Positions 29,482 to 39,028 of a DNA stretch of 64,000 bases are shown piece after piece. The notes under the pieces were generated by a model. That model had not been told where the DNA came from. It ran no database searches and saw nothing but the letters and a program-made list of their open reading frames with translations. This DNA comes from an uncultured Clostridia bacterium. Its GTDB lineage: Bacteria; Bacillota; Clostridia; TANB77; CAG-508. A program made the position numbers and the translations under genes. Where the stretch lies: NCBI GenBank assembly GCA_948630815.1, contig CAPIEU010000008.1, positions 268-64,267 of the forward strand. The letters run 5' to 3'. How positions within the stretch are numbered: position 1 is the first letter of the stretch; each line of letters begins with the position of its first letter.

Positions 29482-30274
29482 CTATTTTTTGTTTTTAAGG
29501 CATTTATTTTCTTTTTTTGCTATTATTATACAAAATACTACAAATAATACAAACGATAAAACTCCGAGATATTCTTAAATTATATAACATTAAACTGTCG
29601 ATTCTTAGGTTTTCTATTATCATTCTTATGAATGAATACATTATTATGTAGTAATATGTTATTTGTCCTTGATATTTTCTTTTTTTCGATATTTTATTTA
29701 ATATTATGAATATTATAAAGTTACAAATTGATTCATATAGGAATGTTGGATGTACATATTGTATTTCATTTTGTATTTGTATTCCCATTTTCCATGGAAG
29801 ATTAGTATTAGTTCCATATGCTTCTACATTTATAAAGTTTCCCCATCTTCCTATACCTTGTCCTAATGCTAAAAATGGTACTATGTAATCGGTTAAATCT
29901 AATAGGTCTATTTTTCTTTTTTTACAGAATATGTATGCTACCGTTAATCCTCCTATTATTCCACCATATATTGCAAGTCCTCCATCTTTTACGTTTAATA
30001 TGTCTATTATGTTTTGATAATCTTCTAAACTAAATATTACATAGTATATTCTTGCTGATATGAATGATATAGGTATTAGTATTATACTTAAAGTTAGTAT
30101 GTCATCGAATTTTATACCATATTTCCCATCTTGCTTTTTGCATAAGAATAATGCTATTAATATGCCTACGACAATTAAAATAGCATACCAATATACTGGG
30201 ATGCCAAAAATTTCGAATGCAGTTTTATTTATATTTAGTTCTAGATTTAATAATGGAAATGTGATTGTGTTCAT
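29482..30274 (-). CDS. lgt: prolipoprotein diacylglyceryl transferase; probable +1 shift at CGG 29566..29564
   Basis: The 256-aa ORF shows the typical Lgt pattern (GIPVYWYAILI, GGLAIYGGIIGG, GRWGNFIN.EAYG). An in-frame CGG lies 20 codons before the zero-frame stop at 29504. The +1 frame gives LRIS-GVLSFVLFVVFCIIIAKKENK... and stops at 29482. The choice of end is uncertain. Confidence 0.8.
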
Positions 30275-30356
30275 TTTCTTTCTCCTTGTGTCTTCTTTTG
30301 CAATACGCTCCTAGGTAGTAATATAATTATAAAAGGTTGCATAATTGTTCTCTTTA

Positions 30357-30525
30357 ATAGCAACGAAAAGTATCTTTGCAATTTACATTTTATAAGCCTT
30401 GGTGTTGCAACCTACAATTATAACATTTTATATGTAGGTTGCTCCAAATCGCACTTCGCTGTCGCTCCGTTTGGTCGCTTACGCGGCTTAAAAATGTAGA
30501 TTTTCAAGATTACTTTTATTGCTAT
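30357..30525. repeat. MITE-like palindromic element, family A, copy 2
   Basis: Collinear with 239..406. The inner hairpin stem differs by compensatory changes: GCAACCTACA/TGTAGGTTGC here versus GCACCCT.CA/TGTAGGGTGC in copy 1. Confidence 0.8.
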
Positions 30526-30558
30526 TAATAATATTAAGCACTAAGAAATGTTATATAT

Positions 30559-31833
30559 TTATTTTCCTTTTACTATTGATACAACCATATTGTCTTGTTT
30601 AAATACTTCTTGTAAGACTTGATTTGCATATTCAGTTGTTACTTGCTCATATTCTTCTAAATAATCGAAACTGTTTATTCCTTTAAAGTAATCTGCTAAA
30701 AACATTCTTGCAATATTTGATACATCATTATATTCTGTTACATAGTCTCCGTATATTTTTTTCTTTATTCTATCAAATACTTTTTCTTCTAATCCATTTT
30801 CTTTATATTGTTTGATAGCTTCTTTTAATTCTTTTACTACATTTTGTGGATTTTTTGCTATACCTGTTATTAGTATGTGTGCATAGTTTTTGGAAAATTC
30901 ATAATCTAAGTCTGGCTGTGACATTATATCTCCTTGTTCATATAACTTTTTATATGTTTTTGAACTTTTTCCAAGTAACATATATAATATTATTTCTATT
31001 GCTATATGTTTTTTTACTAGTTCTTCTTTTGCTACTACTTTATCTTTAAATCCTATTGCAAATATTGGATTTGTTACGTCCATTGTTACTATTTTTTCTT
31101 TAGGTACTATTTCATCTTGTTCCTTAGGATATATTCTTTTTATTTCTCCTTGCTGTTCATTTTTTGTTATTCTGTTTTTGATTTCTTGTAATAAGTTTTC
31201 TGGTTCAAAGTCTCCACATACTACTAATAACATATTTGATAGGTTATAAAATGTATTATATGAATTGTATAATATCTCTTTGTTTATTTTACTTATTGAT
31301 TCTATACTTCCTGCTATATCTATATTTATAGGGTTTTGTTTATACATTAATTTCATTGCGTTCATATATACTTGCCAGCTTGGCTCATCATCATACATAT
31401 TTATTTCTTGACCTATTATTCCTTTTTCTTTTTCTACATTTTGGTCTGTGAAATATGGGTTTTGTACATAGTTCATTAGTTCGTCTAAGGCAGGATAAAA
31501 ATTGTCTGTTGCTTCGAATAGGTATGCTGTATGGTCATTTGTTGTGTATGCGTTTGCTTCTACTCCTAAACTTGATAATACGTCTAAACTGTTTGTACCA
31601 TTTGATTGCTCAAATAGTTTATGTTCTAAGAAATGTGCTACTCCATCTGGAATGGTTATTTCTTCATTATTTTTTGGCATGATGAAGTGATTATCTATTG
31701 AGCCAAAGTTGGTTCCAAATATTACATATTTTTTGTTTGTATCTTTTTTTGGAATTATCATTACGGTTAGACCGTTTTGTAGTTTTTCAGTAAAAACTTT
31801 TTCTTTTACTTTTGAGTTTTCTATAATTTGCAT
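30559..31833 (-). CDS. M16-family (insulinase-like) peptidase subunit
   Basis: 424-aa ORF containing HFLEHKLFE (the HxxEH zinc motif) near the N-terminus. Confidence 0.8.
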   Translation of the reverse strand: MQIIENSKVKEKVFTEKLQNGLTVMIIPKKDTNKKYVIFGTNFGSIDNHFIMPKNNEEITIPDGVAHFLEHKLFEQSNGTNSLDVLSSLGVEANAYTTNDHTAYLFEATDNFYPALDELMNYVQNPYFTDQNVEKEKGIIGQEINMYDDEPSWQVYMNAMKLMYKQNPINIDIAGSIESISKINKEILYNSYNTFYNLSNMLLVVCGDFEPENLLQEIKNRITKNEQQGEIKRIYPKEQDEIVPKEKIVTMDVTNPIFAIGFKDKVVAKEELVKKHIAIEIILYMLLGKSSKTYKKLYEQGDIMSQPDLDYEFSKNYAHILITGIAKNPQNVVKELKEAIKQYKENGLEEKVFDRIKKKIYGDYVTEYNDVSNIARMFLADYFKGINSFDYLEEYEQVTTEYANQVLQEVFKQDNMVVSIVKGK

Positions 31834-31873
31834 ATATTTTTTCTCCTTTCGAAATTTGAAGAATTTTTCTTCT

Positions 31874-32040
31874 GGGCAGGCACAAGACCTGCCCCTACGG
31901 CATTTGCATTTATTTTTATCTGTAAATCTCTTTAGGCAGGCACAAGACCTGCCCCTACAGCGTTTGCATTTATTTTTATCTGTAAATCTCTTTGGGCAGG
32001 CACAAGACCTGCCCCTACAGCGTTTGCATTTATTTCTTGC
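31874..32040 (-). repeat. three tandem 60-bp units, each a REP-like hairpin plus a conserved tail
   Basis: (G/A)GGCAGGCACAAGACCTGCCCCTAC at 31874, 31934 and 31994. Each is followed by (G/A)GC(A/G)TTTGCATTTATTTTTATCTGTAAATCTCTTT. The last tail overlaps the stop of gene 32030..33301. Confidence 0.9.
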
Positions 32041-33301
32041 TTGTTAGAAAATATATTGTGTGTACATTTATTTTATTGCCAAGTTCTATAATTTGCTCTT
32101 TTGTTACTGCTTTTACTTTATTTTCGTATTCTTCAAATGGTACATAGTTTCCTGAAAGTTCTTGACCAAAACAGTATGTTATTCCTGTGTCTTGTTCATC
32201 TGGTATGAATTTTATTGTAGATATTATGTTTTGTTTTGCATTTTGTAAGTCTTCTTGTGTAAATTCTCCATCTTTCATATCATCTAATTGTTTTTTTATA
32301 ATGTTTAGGGCTTTTTCGTAATTTTTAGTTTCTATTCCACAACGTATTAATATGTTATTCATTTGTCTTAGATAATTTGAACCTGCCGTGTATGCAAGGC
32401 TTGCTTTTTCTCTTACATTTTGGAATAGTTTAGAGTTTGCTCCTCCACCTAGTATTGTATTATATACAAGTGCTATATATTTTTCATCTTGATTTTTAGT
32501 TTCTATTGTAAGTCCTATTACCATTTTTCCTTGTGTGATATCCATTTCTTCTTTTATTTCTTTTGGCTCTTTTTTTGTTTCTAATAATTGTTCTTTTTGT
32601 TTTTCATACTTTCTTTCGATAAGATTTTTTATTAATTTATTTTGTTCTATTATTTCTTTTGTTTTTAATATATCTACATTTCCTGATATAAATATGTCTA
32701 TTTTACAATTTTTTATTATATTTTGATAACAATCATATAAGTCTTTTGAAGTTATTTTTTCTAAGTCTTCTATATATCCATATTTATATAGTGCATATGG
32801 CTTATTTTTATACATTTCTTCTATTGTTCTTTCTAGTGAATATCTTGCTTTGTCATCTTTTTTCCCTTCTATGATTTGTTTTAGGTTTTCTATTTCTTGT
32901 TTTACATATTCTTCTTTGAATTTATTTTCTTCTACTAGTGGATTAAATACTATTTCAAATAATGTATTTAGTCCTTTTTCTAATATTTCTTCTTTTTTAG
33001 GCAAGAATTCATCGTTTATTGTTTCTAAATAGAATTTTATTATATGATTTTCTCCTATTTTTTCAATTCCACAATTAAATGATGCTCCATACATTTCTTC
33101 TAATGTAATGCTTATTTCTTCACTTGTTTTCATTAAATTAGAGCCTCTTCTTAAAATTTGAGCTATTAATGCTTCTTTTGTAACTTGCTCTTTCTTTAAT
33201 GGCATTGTTAAGAATACACTTAATAGGTTTGTTTTAAATTTGTTTGTTTGTATTTGATGAAGGTTTATTCCTTCTTTTATTTGTTGTTTTTGATAATTCA
33301 A
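32030..33301 (-). CDS. M16-family peptidase-like protein, non-catalytic partner
   Basis: 423-aa ORF adjacent to and co-oriented with the HxxEH subunit. M16-like length, no HxxEH motif. TTG start. Confidence 0.65.
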   Translation of the reverse strand: MNYQKQQIKEGINLHQIQTNKFKTNLLSVFLTMPLKKEQVTKEALIAQILRRGSNLMKTSEEISITLEEMYGASFNCGIEKIGENHIIKFYLETINDEFLPKKEEILEKGLNTLFEIVFNPLVEENKFKEEYVKQEIENLKQIIEGKKDDKARYSLERTIEEMYKNKPYALYKYGYIEDLEKITSKDLYDCYQNIIKNCKIDIFISGNVDILKTKEIIEQNKLIKNLIERKYEKQKEQLLETKKEPKEIKEEMDITQGKMVIGLTIETKNQDEKYIALVYNTILGGGANSKLFQNVREKASLAYTAGSNYLRQMNNILIRCGIETKNYEKALNIIKKQLDDMKDGEFTQEDLQNAKQNIISTIKFIPDEQDTGITYCFGQELSGNYVPFEEYENKVKAVTKEQIIELGNKINVHTIYFLTSKK

Positions 33302-33538
33302 GGCTTCTCTTCCTTTCTTATTTTAGTTATATGTTATAGTATAATATATTTTGGTAATTTTATACAATAGTTTTTTGTTATTTTATATGTTGTTTTTTTG
33401 TAAAATTTATATTGACTTTTTGTGTTGTATGTGATAAATTATTTTTGTTGTTAGAATACTCACCATTGCACTATGATAGTATTCATTAGCATTACTAAAT
33501 TGTAATGTTAAATATGCTATTGTAGGAGGTGAGTATAG

Positions 33539-33742
33539 TTGGAATTGTGTATTGGAATATCTTTAGTAATTCTTTCTATTGGTATTGCAGTATCTTTAAT
33601 TGCGTTAGCTAATTATAGTATTTGCATACATAAAAAAGAATTGAAGTTGGACCAAACAAAACTAACTTCAATTCTAACAACACTGAGGAGAAAGCTTAAC
33701 TTTCTTCTCTTTCTATATATTTATATTATAGCATATTTATAA
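33539..33742 (+). CDS. small hydrophobic protein (possible type I toxin-like peptide)
   Basis: TTG start 9 nt after AGGAGG. The N-terminus ELCIGISLVILSIGIAVSLIALANYSICIHKK is a single TM helix. A terminator-like hairpin (GAGGAGAAAG/CTTTCTTCTC) lies inside the 3' part, so the true end is uncertain. Confidence 0.3.
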   Translation: MELCIGISLVILSIGIAVSLIALANYSICIHKKELKLDQTKLTSILTTLRRKLNFLLFLYIYIIAYL

Positions 33743-33832
33743 AAATGTAAATACATTTTGCCAATTTTTTAAATAAATTCGTTAATGTTCACCCTAATAT
33801 TATTGATAACTAGTACAAATTAAGTAATATTT

Positions 33833-34273
33833 TTATGCTAATATTTCTTTTACTACTTCATTTATTGTTTTACCATCAGCTGCTACTCCTATTTTTTCTT
33901 TTGCCAAACTCATTACTTTTCCCATATCTTTTATTGATGTAGCACCTACTTCTTCTATTATTCCTTTAACTATTTCTTTAATTTCTTCTTTCGATAATTG
34001 TTTTGGTAAGTATTCTTGTAGTATGCTTATTTCTTCTTTTACTTGTTTTATTAAATCATCTCTTCCACTTTTTTCATAATCTCCTAGTGAATCTTTTCTC
34101 TTTTTTGTTTCCTTTGCTATTATTTCGATTATTTTATCATCTTCAAGTGTTATTCCTTTATCTTTTTCTACTTGTAAGATTGCTGCTCTTACCATTTGTA
34201 TTGTATTTTTTCTTATTTCGTTTTTTTCCTTCATTGAGTTTTTTAAGTCTTCTAATAATTTTTCTTTTAACAT
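33833..34273 (-). CDS. yqeY: GatB/YqeY-domain protein
   Basis: 146 aa. MLKEKLLEDLKNSMKEKNEIRKNTIQMVRAAI matches the YqeY N-terminal pattern. It lies next to rpsU, as in many Firmicutes. Confidence 0.8.
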   Translation of the reverse strand: MLKEKLLEDLKNSMKEKNEIRKNTIQMVRAAILQVEKDKGITLEDDKIIEIIAKETKKRKDSLGDYEKSGRDDLIKQVKEEISILQEYLPKQLSKEEIKEIVKGIIEEVGATSIKDMGKVMSLAKEKIGVAADGKTINEVVKEILA

Positions 34274-34431
34274 TTTAAATCAAATCCTCTCATAATCAAT
34301 AATACTTATTAGACCTCCCATCAAACTTCGCTTGCCACCTCCCTTAGATACAATGAAATAATCTTTTTATTAATCTCCTATTCTCTAAAGAAATTGCTTA
34401 AATAAATATTTTTAGTATGTCTTTGTCGATT

Positions 34432-34456
34432 GCGGACGAGCAATGCTCGCCCCTAC
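34432..34456 (-). repeat. REP-like element (divergent stem)
   Basis: GCGGACGAGCAATGCTCGCCCCTAC. Confidence 0.55.
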
Positions 34457-34601
34457 ACCTCTCTATTATTAACTAATATGCATTACTTAACAATATTGTA
34501 TTTAATAGGCGGTCTGCGTTAGCAGACTAGGGGGGTCTTATAAACCAAAAGGCTGAAAATTAGATATTCTAACCTCTAACTTCCAACCTCTAACTTCTAA
34601 A

Positions 34602-34772
34602 CTAAAATTTTCTTTTTCTTGCAGCCTCTGATTTTTTCTTTCTTTTTACACTAGGTTTTTCATAGTGCTCTCTTTTACGTACCTCTTGTAAAACTCCATT
34701 TCTTGCACATTGTCTTTTGAATCTTTTTAATGCGTCCTCTATATTTCCATTATTTACTTTTACCTCTGACAT
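34602..34772 (-). CDS. rpsU: 30S ribosomal protein S21
   Basis: Not in the ORF track (56 aa). [66 protein letters not shown]. Confidence 0.95.
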   Translation of the reverse strand: MSEVKVNNGNIEDALKRFKRQCARNGVLQEVRKREHYEKPSVKRKKKSEAARKRKF

Positions 34773-34909
34773 GTTATTCCCCTCCTTCCGGTGTTATACA
34801 CAGTATGTAATCTTAATAAGGGTAGCTTTATTTTTTAGTTTATATTTTTTCCCTATTTTTAATACGAATAACATTATACTCTATGTTGTAAAGTGTTGTC
34901 AATACTAAC

Positions 34910-35857
34910 TTAAGATATTTTGAATAGTTCTCCTAATGGTTTTGCTTCATTTATTCTTTTTATTGCTTCTGCAAATAATGGTGCCATTGATAGTATTGTT
35001 ATTTTATCTATTCTTTTTTCTTCTGGTATTGGAACTGTGTTTGTTACTACTAATTCTTTTATTGGTGAATTCTTAATTCTTTCTATTGCTGGTCCTGATA
35101 ATACCCCATGTGTACATCCTGCATATATTTCACTTGCTCCAAATTCTTCTAATATTTTTGCTGTTTCTATCATTGATCCTGCTGTGTCTACTTCATCATC
35201 AAAGATTACTGCTTGCTTGTCCTTTACATCTCCTATTACTGTTGATGCTATGGCTCTATCATCATTTCCATCTCTTCTTTTATCTATTAATGCTATTGGA
35301 CAATTGAAAAATTCTGAATATTTATATGCTTTTTTTGAACTTCCTGCATCTGTTGCTACTATTACCATATCTTTTAAATTTTTTTCTTTAAAATATGCTT
35401 CTAATAGGTTTTCTGCTGATAATCTATCACATTGAATTCTAAAGTATGCTTGTATTGCTGGATTGTGTAAATCACAGGTTATTACTCTGTCTGCTCCTGC
35501 TGCTTCTATTAACTCAGCCATTAATTTTGCTGTTACTGGTACACGTGGTTGATCTTTTTTGTCTGATCTTGAATATATGTAATATGGTAATACTACATTT
35601 ACTCTTTTTGCTGATGCACGTTTAACAGCATCTATTGTTATTAATAATTCCATTACTCTTTCGTTTACTGGTGGTTCTGTTGTTTGTATAAGGTATACAT
35701 CTTGTTCTCTAACTGTTTCTAATATTTGTACAAAGTTGTTATCATTTTTAAATTTCATTGAATTGATTTCTCCCATTGGTAATTCTAAAGAATCACATAT
35801 TTCTTTTGTAAAGTTATCAGCTGATTTGCTACATGAAAAGATTTTAATATTTTCCAT
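34910..35857 (-). CDS. prs: ribose-phosphate pyrophosphokinase
   Basis: 315 aa with a PRPP synthetase pattern (VVLPYYIYSRSDKK, DLHNPAIQAYF, VIFDDEVDTAGS). Confidence 0.9.
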   Translation of the reverse strand: MENIKIFSCSKSADNFTKEICDSLELPMGEINSMKFKNDNNFVQILETVREQDVYLIQTTEPPVNERVMELLITIDAVKRASAKRVNVVLPYYIYSRSDKKDQPRVPVTAKLMAELIEAAGADRVITCDLHNPAIQAYFRIQCDRLSAENLLEAYFKEKNLKDMVIVATDAGSSKKAYKYSEFFNCPIALIDKRRDGNDDRAIASTVIGDVKDKQAVIFDDEVDTAGSMIETAKILEEFGASEIYAGCTHGVLSGPAIERIKNSPIKELVVTNTVPIPEEKRIDKITILSMAPLFAEAIKRINEAKPLGELFKIS

Positions 35858-36004
35858 AAAATAGACCCCTTTTTTATTTATTTTTTGATACTTTTTATTA
35901 TAACACTATTTTTTTTTTTGTATATATTTTTTAAAATTTTTTTGTTGCTTTTTGTAAATATTATTGTTATTCACAAAAAAGAAGTGTATTACTACACCTC
36001 CATT

Positions 36005-36553
36005 TTAGTTTGCCATTTTTATTTCGTCTTTATCTAAATCTGCCCAAATGACTTTATTTTCTTTTATACTTTTTGGTACATCTATTACTCTTTGGTTGCT
36101 TGAACCTCTAAATTTTAATGATGGATTTTTTAGTTCTTGTTCGAATTTTCCATCTACTATTACATCTATATTGCTTATTAGTTCTTTTGTTTCGTCCCAA
36201 TTTTTGTACATATTTCCCATTACATCTTTTTCATAGTCAAATCCTGTATAGCACCATATGCTTTTATTAGGAAATTTTTCTTTTACTTTTTTTACTAGTG
36301 GTAATAATCCTTTTTGGTTTGCGTGTTCTAATGGCTCTCCCCCAAGTAATGATAGTCCTTCTATGTAATCTTTATCTAGGTCTTTTAATACTTTATTTAT
36401 TGTTGCTTCTGTGAATTCATTTCCATATTCAAAGTTCCAGGCAATTTCATTAAAGCAACCTTTGCAATGATGGTTACATCCACTTACAAATACACTTACT
36501 CTAACACCAGGTCCATTTGCTATATCACATTCTTTTATTGTCGCATAGTGCAT
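36005..36553 (-). CDS. nrdG: anaerobic ribonucleoside-triphosphate reductase activating protein
   Basis: 182 aa with a radical-SAM CxxxCxxC motif (SGCNHHCKGCFN), directly downstream of nrdD. Confidence 0.9.
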   Translation of the reverse strand: MHYATIKECDIANGPGVRVSVFVSGCNHHCKGCFNEIAWNFEYGNEFTEATINKVLKDLDKDYIEGLSLLGGEPLEHANQKGLLPLVKKVKEKFPNKSIWCYTGFDYEKDVMGNMYKNWDETKELISNIDVIVDGKFEQELKNPSLKFRGSSNQRVIDVPKSIKENKVIWADLDKDEIKMAN

Positions 36554-36654
36554 ATTGATACCTCCTATTTTGATGTTTGAGGTTGGAAGTTTGATTTAAG
36601 AAATTTCTTCGAAGAATATTCTTAAAACTCTAACCTCCAACTTCCAACTTCTAA

Positions 36655-38781
36655 TTACAAATGTAGTACTCTTGATTTTATTTCTTTTGTTTTTCCTTCG
36701 TTCCAGAAGTTTTCTCCTAAATATCCACAAGTTCTTCTTGTTACATTCATTTTATTATGGTCTTTATTTCCACACTGTGGACATTCCCATTCATTATCAT
36801 CATTTATCGTTATTTCTCCATCAAAACCACATATATGGCAGTAGTCTGATTTTGTATTGAATTCTGCATATTGTATATTATCATATATGAATTTTACGAT
36901 TTCTTCAAGTGCTTTTAGATTATTTCTCATATTTGGTATTTCTATATATGAAATTGCTCCTCCTGAAGATATTTTTTGGAACTGACTTTCAAAGCTTAGT
37001 TTTTTAAATGCATCTATTTTTTCTCTTACCTCTACATGATATGTGTTTGTATAATATCCTTTGTCTGTTACGTCTTTGATTATTCCAAATTTTTCTTTAT
37101 CTATCCTTGCAAATCTATAACATAAACTTTCTGCTGGTGTCCCATATAGTGCAAATCCTATATTTGTTTCTTTTTTCCAAGTGTCTGTTGCTTGTCTTAA
37201 TCTGTTCATTACTTTTAATGCAAATTCTTCTCCTTCAGGTGTTGTATGACTTACACCTTTCATTAGTTTTGTTACTTCATATAATCCAATATATCCTAGT
37301 GATATGGTTGAATATCCACCTTTTAATAGTTTGTCTATTGTTTCTCCTGATTCTAGTCTTGCAATTGCTCCATATTTCCAATGTATTGGGCTTGTATCTG
37401 TTTTTGTTCCAAGTAGTGCATAATGTCTACACATTAAAGCTTCATAACATAGTTCTAGTCTTTCATCTAATAGTTTCCAGAACTTTTCTTCATCTCCATC
37501 TGCTATTATTCCTATTTGTGGTAAGTTTAGGCTTACTACACCTTGGTTAAATCTTCCTTCAAATTTGTATTCTCCATTTTCGTCTTTCCAAGGTGATAAA
37601 AAACTTCTACATCCCATTGGACTAAATACATTTCCTTCATAGTTTTCACGCATTTTTTTTGCTGATATGTAATCTGGGTATAATCTTTTTGATGAACATT
37701 TTACTGCAAGTTTTGTTAGATAATCATATTTTCCACCTTTTAGGCAGTTATGTTCATATAATACATATATTAGTTTTGGGAATGCTGGTGTTACATATAC
37801 TCCTTTTTCATTTTTGATTCCCTTATATCTTTGTTTTAGTATTTCTTCTATTATCATTGCGTTTTCTTCAATGTATTCATCATTTTCGTCTAGGTTTAAA
37901 AATAGTGTTACAAATGGCGATTGACCATTTGTTGTCATTAATGTATTTATTTGATATTGCATTGTTTGTACACCTGCTGATAGCTCTGTTCTTAGCCTTT
38001 GATCCACTATTTGCTCTATTATTTCCTCTGGTAGTTTTCCTTCATAATTTTCTTTTAATTCTTTTGTGAATTTATCTTTACTTTTTCTTAGATATCTTCC
38101 TAAATGCTTTAAATCAACACTTTGTCCACCATATTGGTTTGATGCTACTGCTGCTATTATTTGTGTCGTTACTGTACATGCCACTTGAAAGCTTTTTGGA
38201 CTTTCAATTAACTTTCCATTCATTACTGTTCCATTTTCTAACATATCTTTTATATTTACTAAACAGCAATTGAATATTGGTTGTAAAAAATAATCTGCAT
38301 CATGGAAATGTAATACTCCTTCTTCATGTGCTTTTGATATTTTTTCTGGTAATAATATTCTTTTTGTTAAGTCTTTTGATACTTCTCCTGCTATATAATC
38401 TCTTTGTGTTGAGGCTAGTACTGCGTTTTTGTTTGAATTTTCTGTTGCTAATTCTTTGTTTTGATTTTTGATTAAACCTAATATTGATTCGTCTGTTGTG
38501 TTTTGTTTTCTTACTAATGCTCTTGTATAACGATATACTATATATTTTTTAGCTAGTTCATATTTTCCATGTTCCATTAATTTTTCTTCTATTATGTCTT
38601 GTATGTCTTCTACTAGCATTCTTTTTTTATCTAATTCTTCTATATAATGAAGTATTTCTTTTATTTCCTCTTTAGTTGCTTTTTCTCTTGACCTTACTTC
38701 ATTATTTGCTTTTTCTATTGCTGCTACTATTTTTTCTCTATCATAGTCTACTGCTCTTCCATCTCTTTTTATAACTTTCAT
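36655..38781 (-). CDS. nrdD: anaerobic ribonucleoside-triphosphate reductase
   Basis: Start is the ATG at 38781 after GGGGAGG (MKVIKRDGR, ATP-cone). C-terminal Zn ribbon CHICG...CPQCG and the glycyl-radical motif RRTCGYLG are present. Confidence 0.9.
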   Translation of the reverse strand: MKVIKRDGRAVDYDREKIVAAIEKANNEVRSREKATKEEIKEILHYIEELDKKRMLVEDIQDIIEEKLMEHGKYELAKKYIVYRYTRALVRKQNTTDESILGLIKNQNKELATENSNKNAVLASTQRDYIAGEVSKDLTKRILLPEKISKAHEEGVLHFHDADYFLQPIFNCCLVNIKDMLENGTVMNGKLIESPKSFQVACTVTTQIIAAVASNQYGGQSVDLKHLGRYLRKSKDKFTKELKENYEGKLPEEIIEQIVDQRLRTELSAGVQTMQYQINTLMTTNGQSPFVTLFLNLDENDEYIEENAMIIEEILKQRYKGIKNEKGVYVTPAFPKLIYVLYEHNCLKGGKYDYLTKLAVKCSSKRLYPDYISAKKMRENYEGNVFSPMGCRSFLSPWKDENGEYKFEGRFNQGVVSLNLPQIGIIADGDEEKFWKLLDERLELCYEALMCRHYALLGTKTDTSPIHWKYGAIARLESGETIDKLLKGGYSTISLGYIGLYEVTKLMKGVSHTTPEGEEFALKVMNRLRQATDTWKKETNIGFALYGTPAESLCYRFARIDKEKFGIIKDVTDKGYYTNTYHVEVREKIDAFKKLSFESQFQKISSGGAISYIEIPNMRNNLKALEEIVKFIYDNIQYAEFNTKSDYCHICGFDGEITINDDNEWECPQCGNKDHNKMNVTRRTCGYLGENFWNEGKTKEIKSRVLHL

Positions 38782-38838
38782 GTCTATTTCCTCCCCCATA
38801 TTTTATGGGTTTATTATATATTAACTTTTTTATTTTAC

Positions 38839-38854
38839 TGTTGCAATTGCAACA
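38839..38854. promoter_or_regulatory. perfect 16-bp palindrome in the nrdD / crp-like divergent intergenic region
   Basis: TGTTGCAATTGCAACA lies 58 nt upstream of the nrdD start. A second palindrome, ATTTGTA-T-TACAAAT, lies at 38921..38935. Confidence 0.4.
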
Positions 38855-39028
38855 CATTATTAAAAGTCTTTTATTTTATTTTTAAAACTCATTTGTTTCT
38901 AGTAAGATTTAATTTGTTTCATTTGTATTACAAATTTATTACGTATTTATTTTGTCGATTTTTGGCTAATTTATGCTGTTTTGCCTTTTGTTGCATTTTG
39001 ATTTGGTTTTATGTATAATGTTTCGTAA

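Noticed and set aside
31874-32040. A CRISPR-like appearance: a 25-bp palindromic repeat recurring every 60 bp.
   Set aside because: There are only three units and the 35-bp 'spacers' are nearly identical to each other. The repeat is the dispersed REP-like element, and no cas genes are present. It is a tandem duplication of a repeat unit.
31709-32047. ORF-track entries that translate repeats or lie antisense to long genes. Examples are 31709..32047 (+), 5547..5741 (-), 672..1349 (+), 1461..1934 (+), 24554..24934 (+), 24616..24921 (+) and the many Leu/Phe/Ile-rich plus-strand ORFs.
   Set aside because: They have low-complexity composition driven by the T-rich antisense strand, lack RBS motifs and completely overlap well-supported minus-strand genes or repeat elements. 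They are not reported as genes.
34565-36655. The shared AACTTCCAACCTC-type sequence downstream of rpsU (34579..34591) and, in reverse complement, between nrdD and nrdG (36577..36589, with an imperfect partner at 36628..36647), considered as a distinct regulatory element.
   Set aside because: Only two short, imperfect occurrences are visible here. They may be fragments of one of the MITE-like families. The evidence is insufficient for a separate claim.
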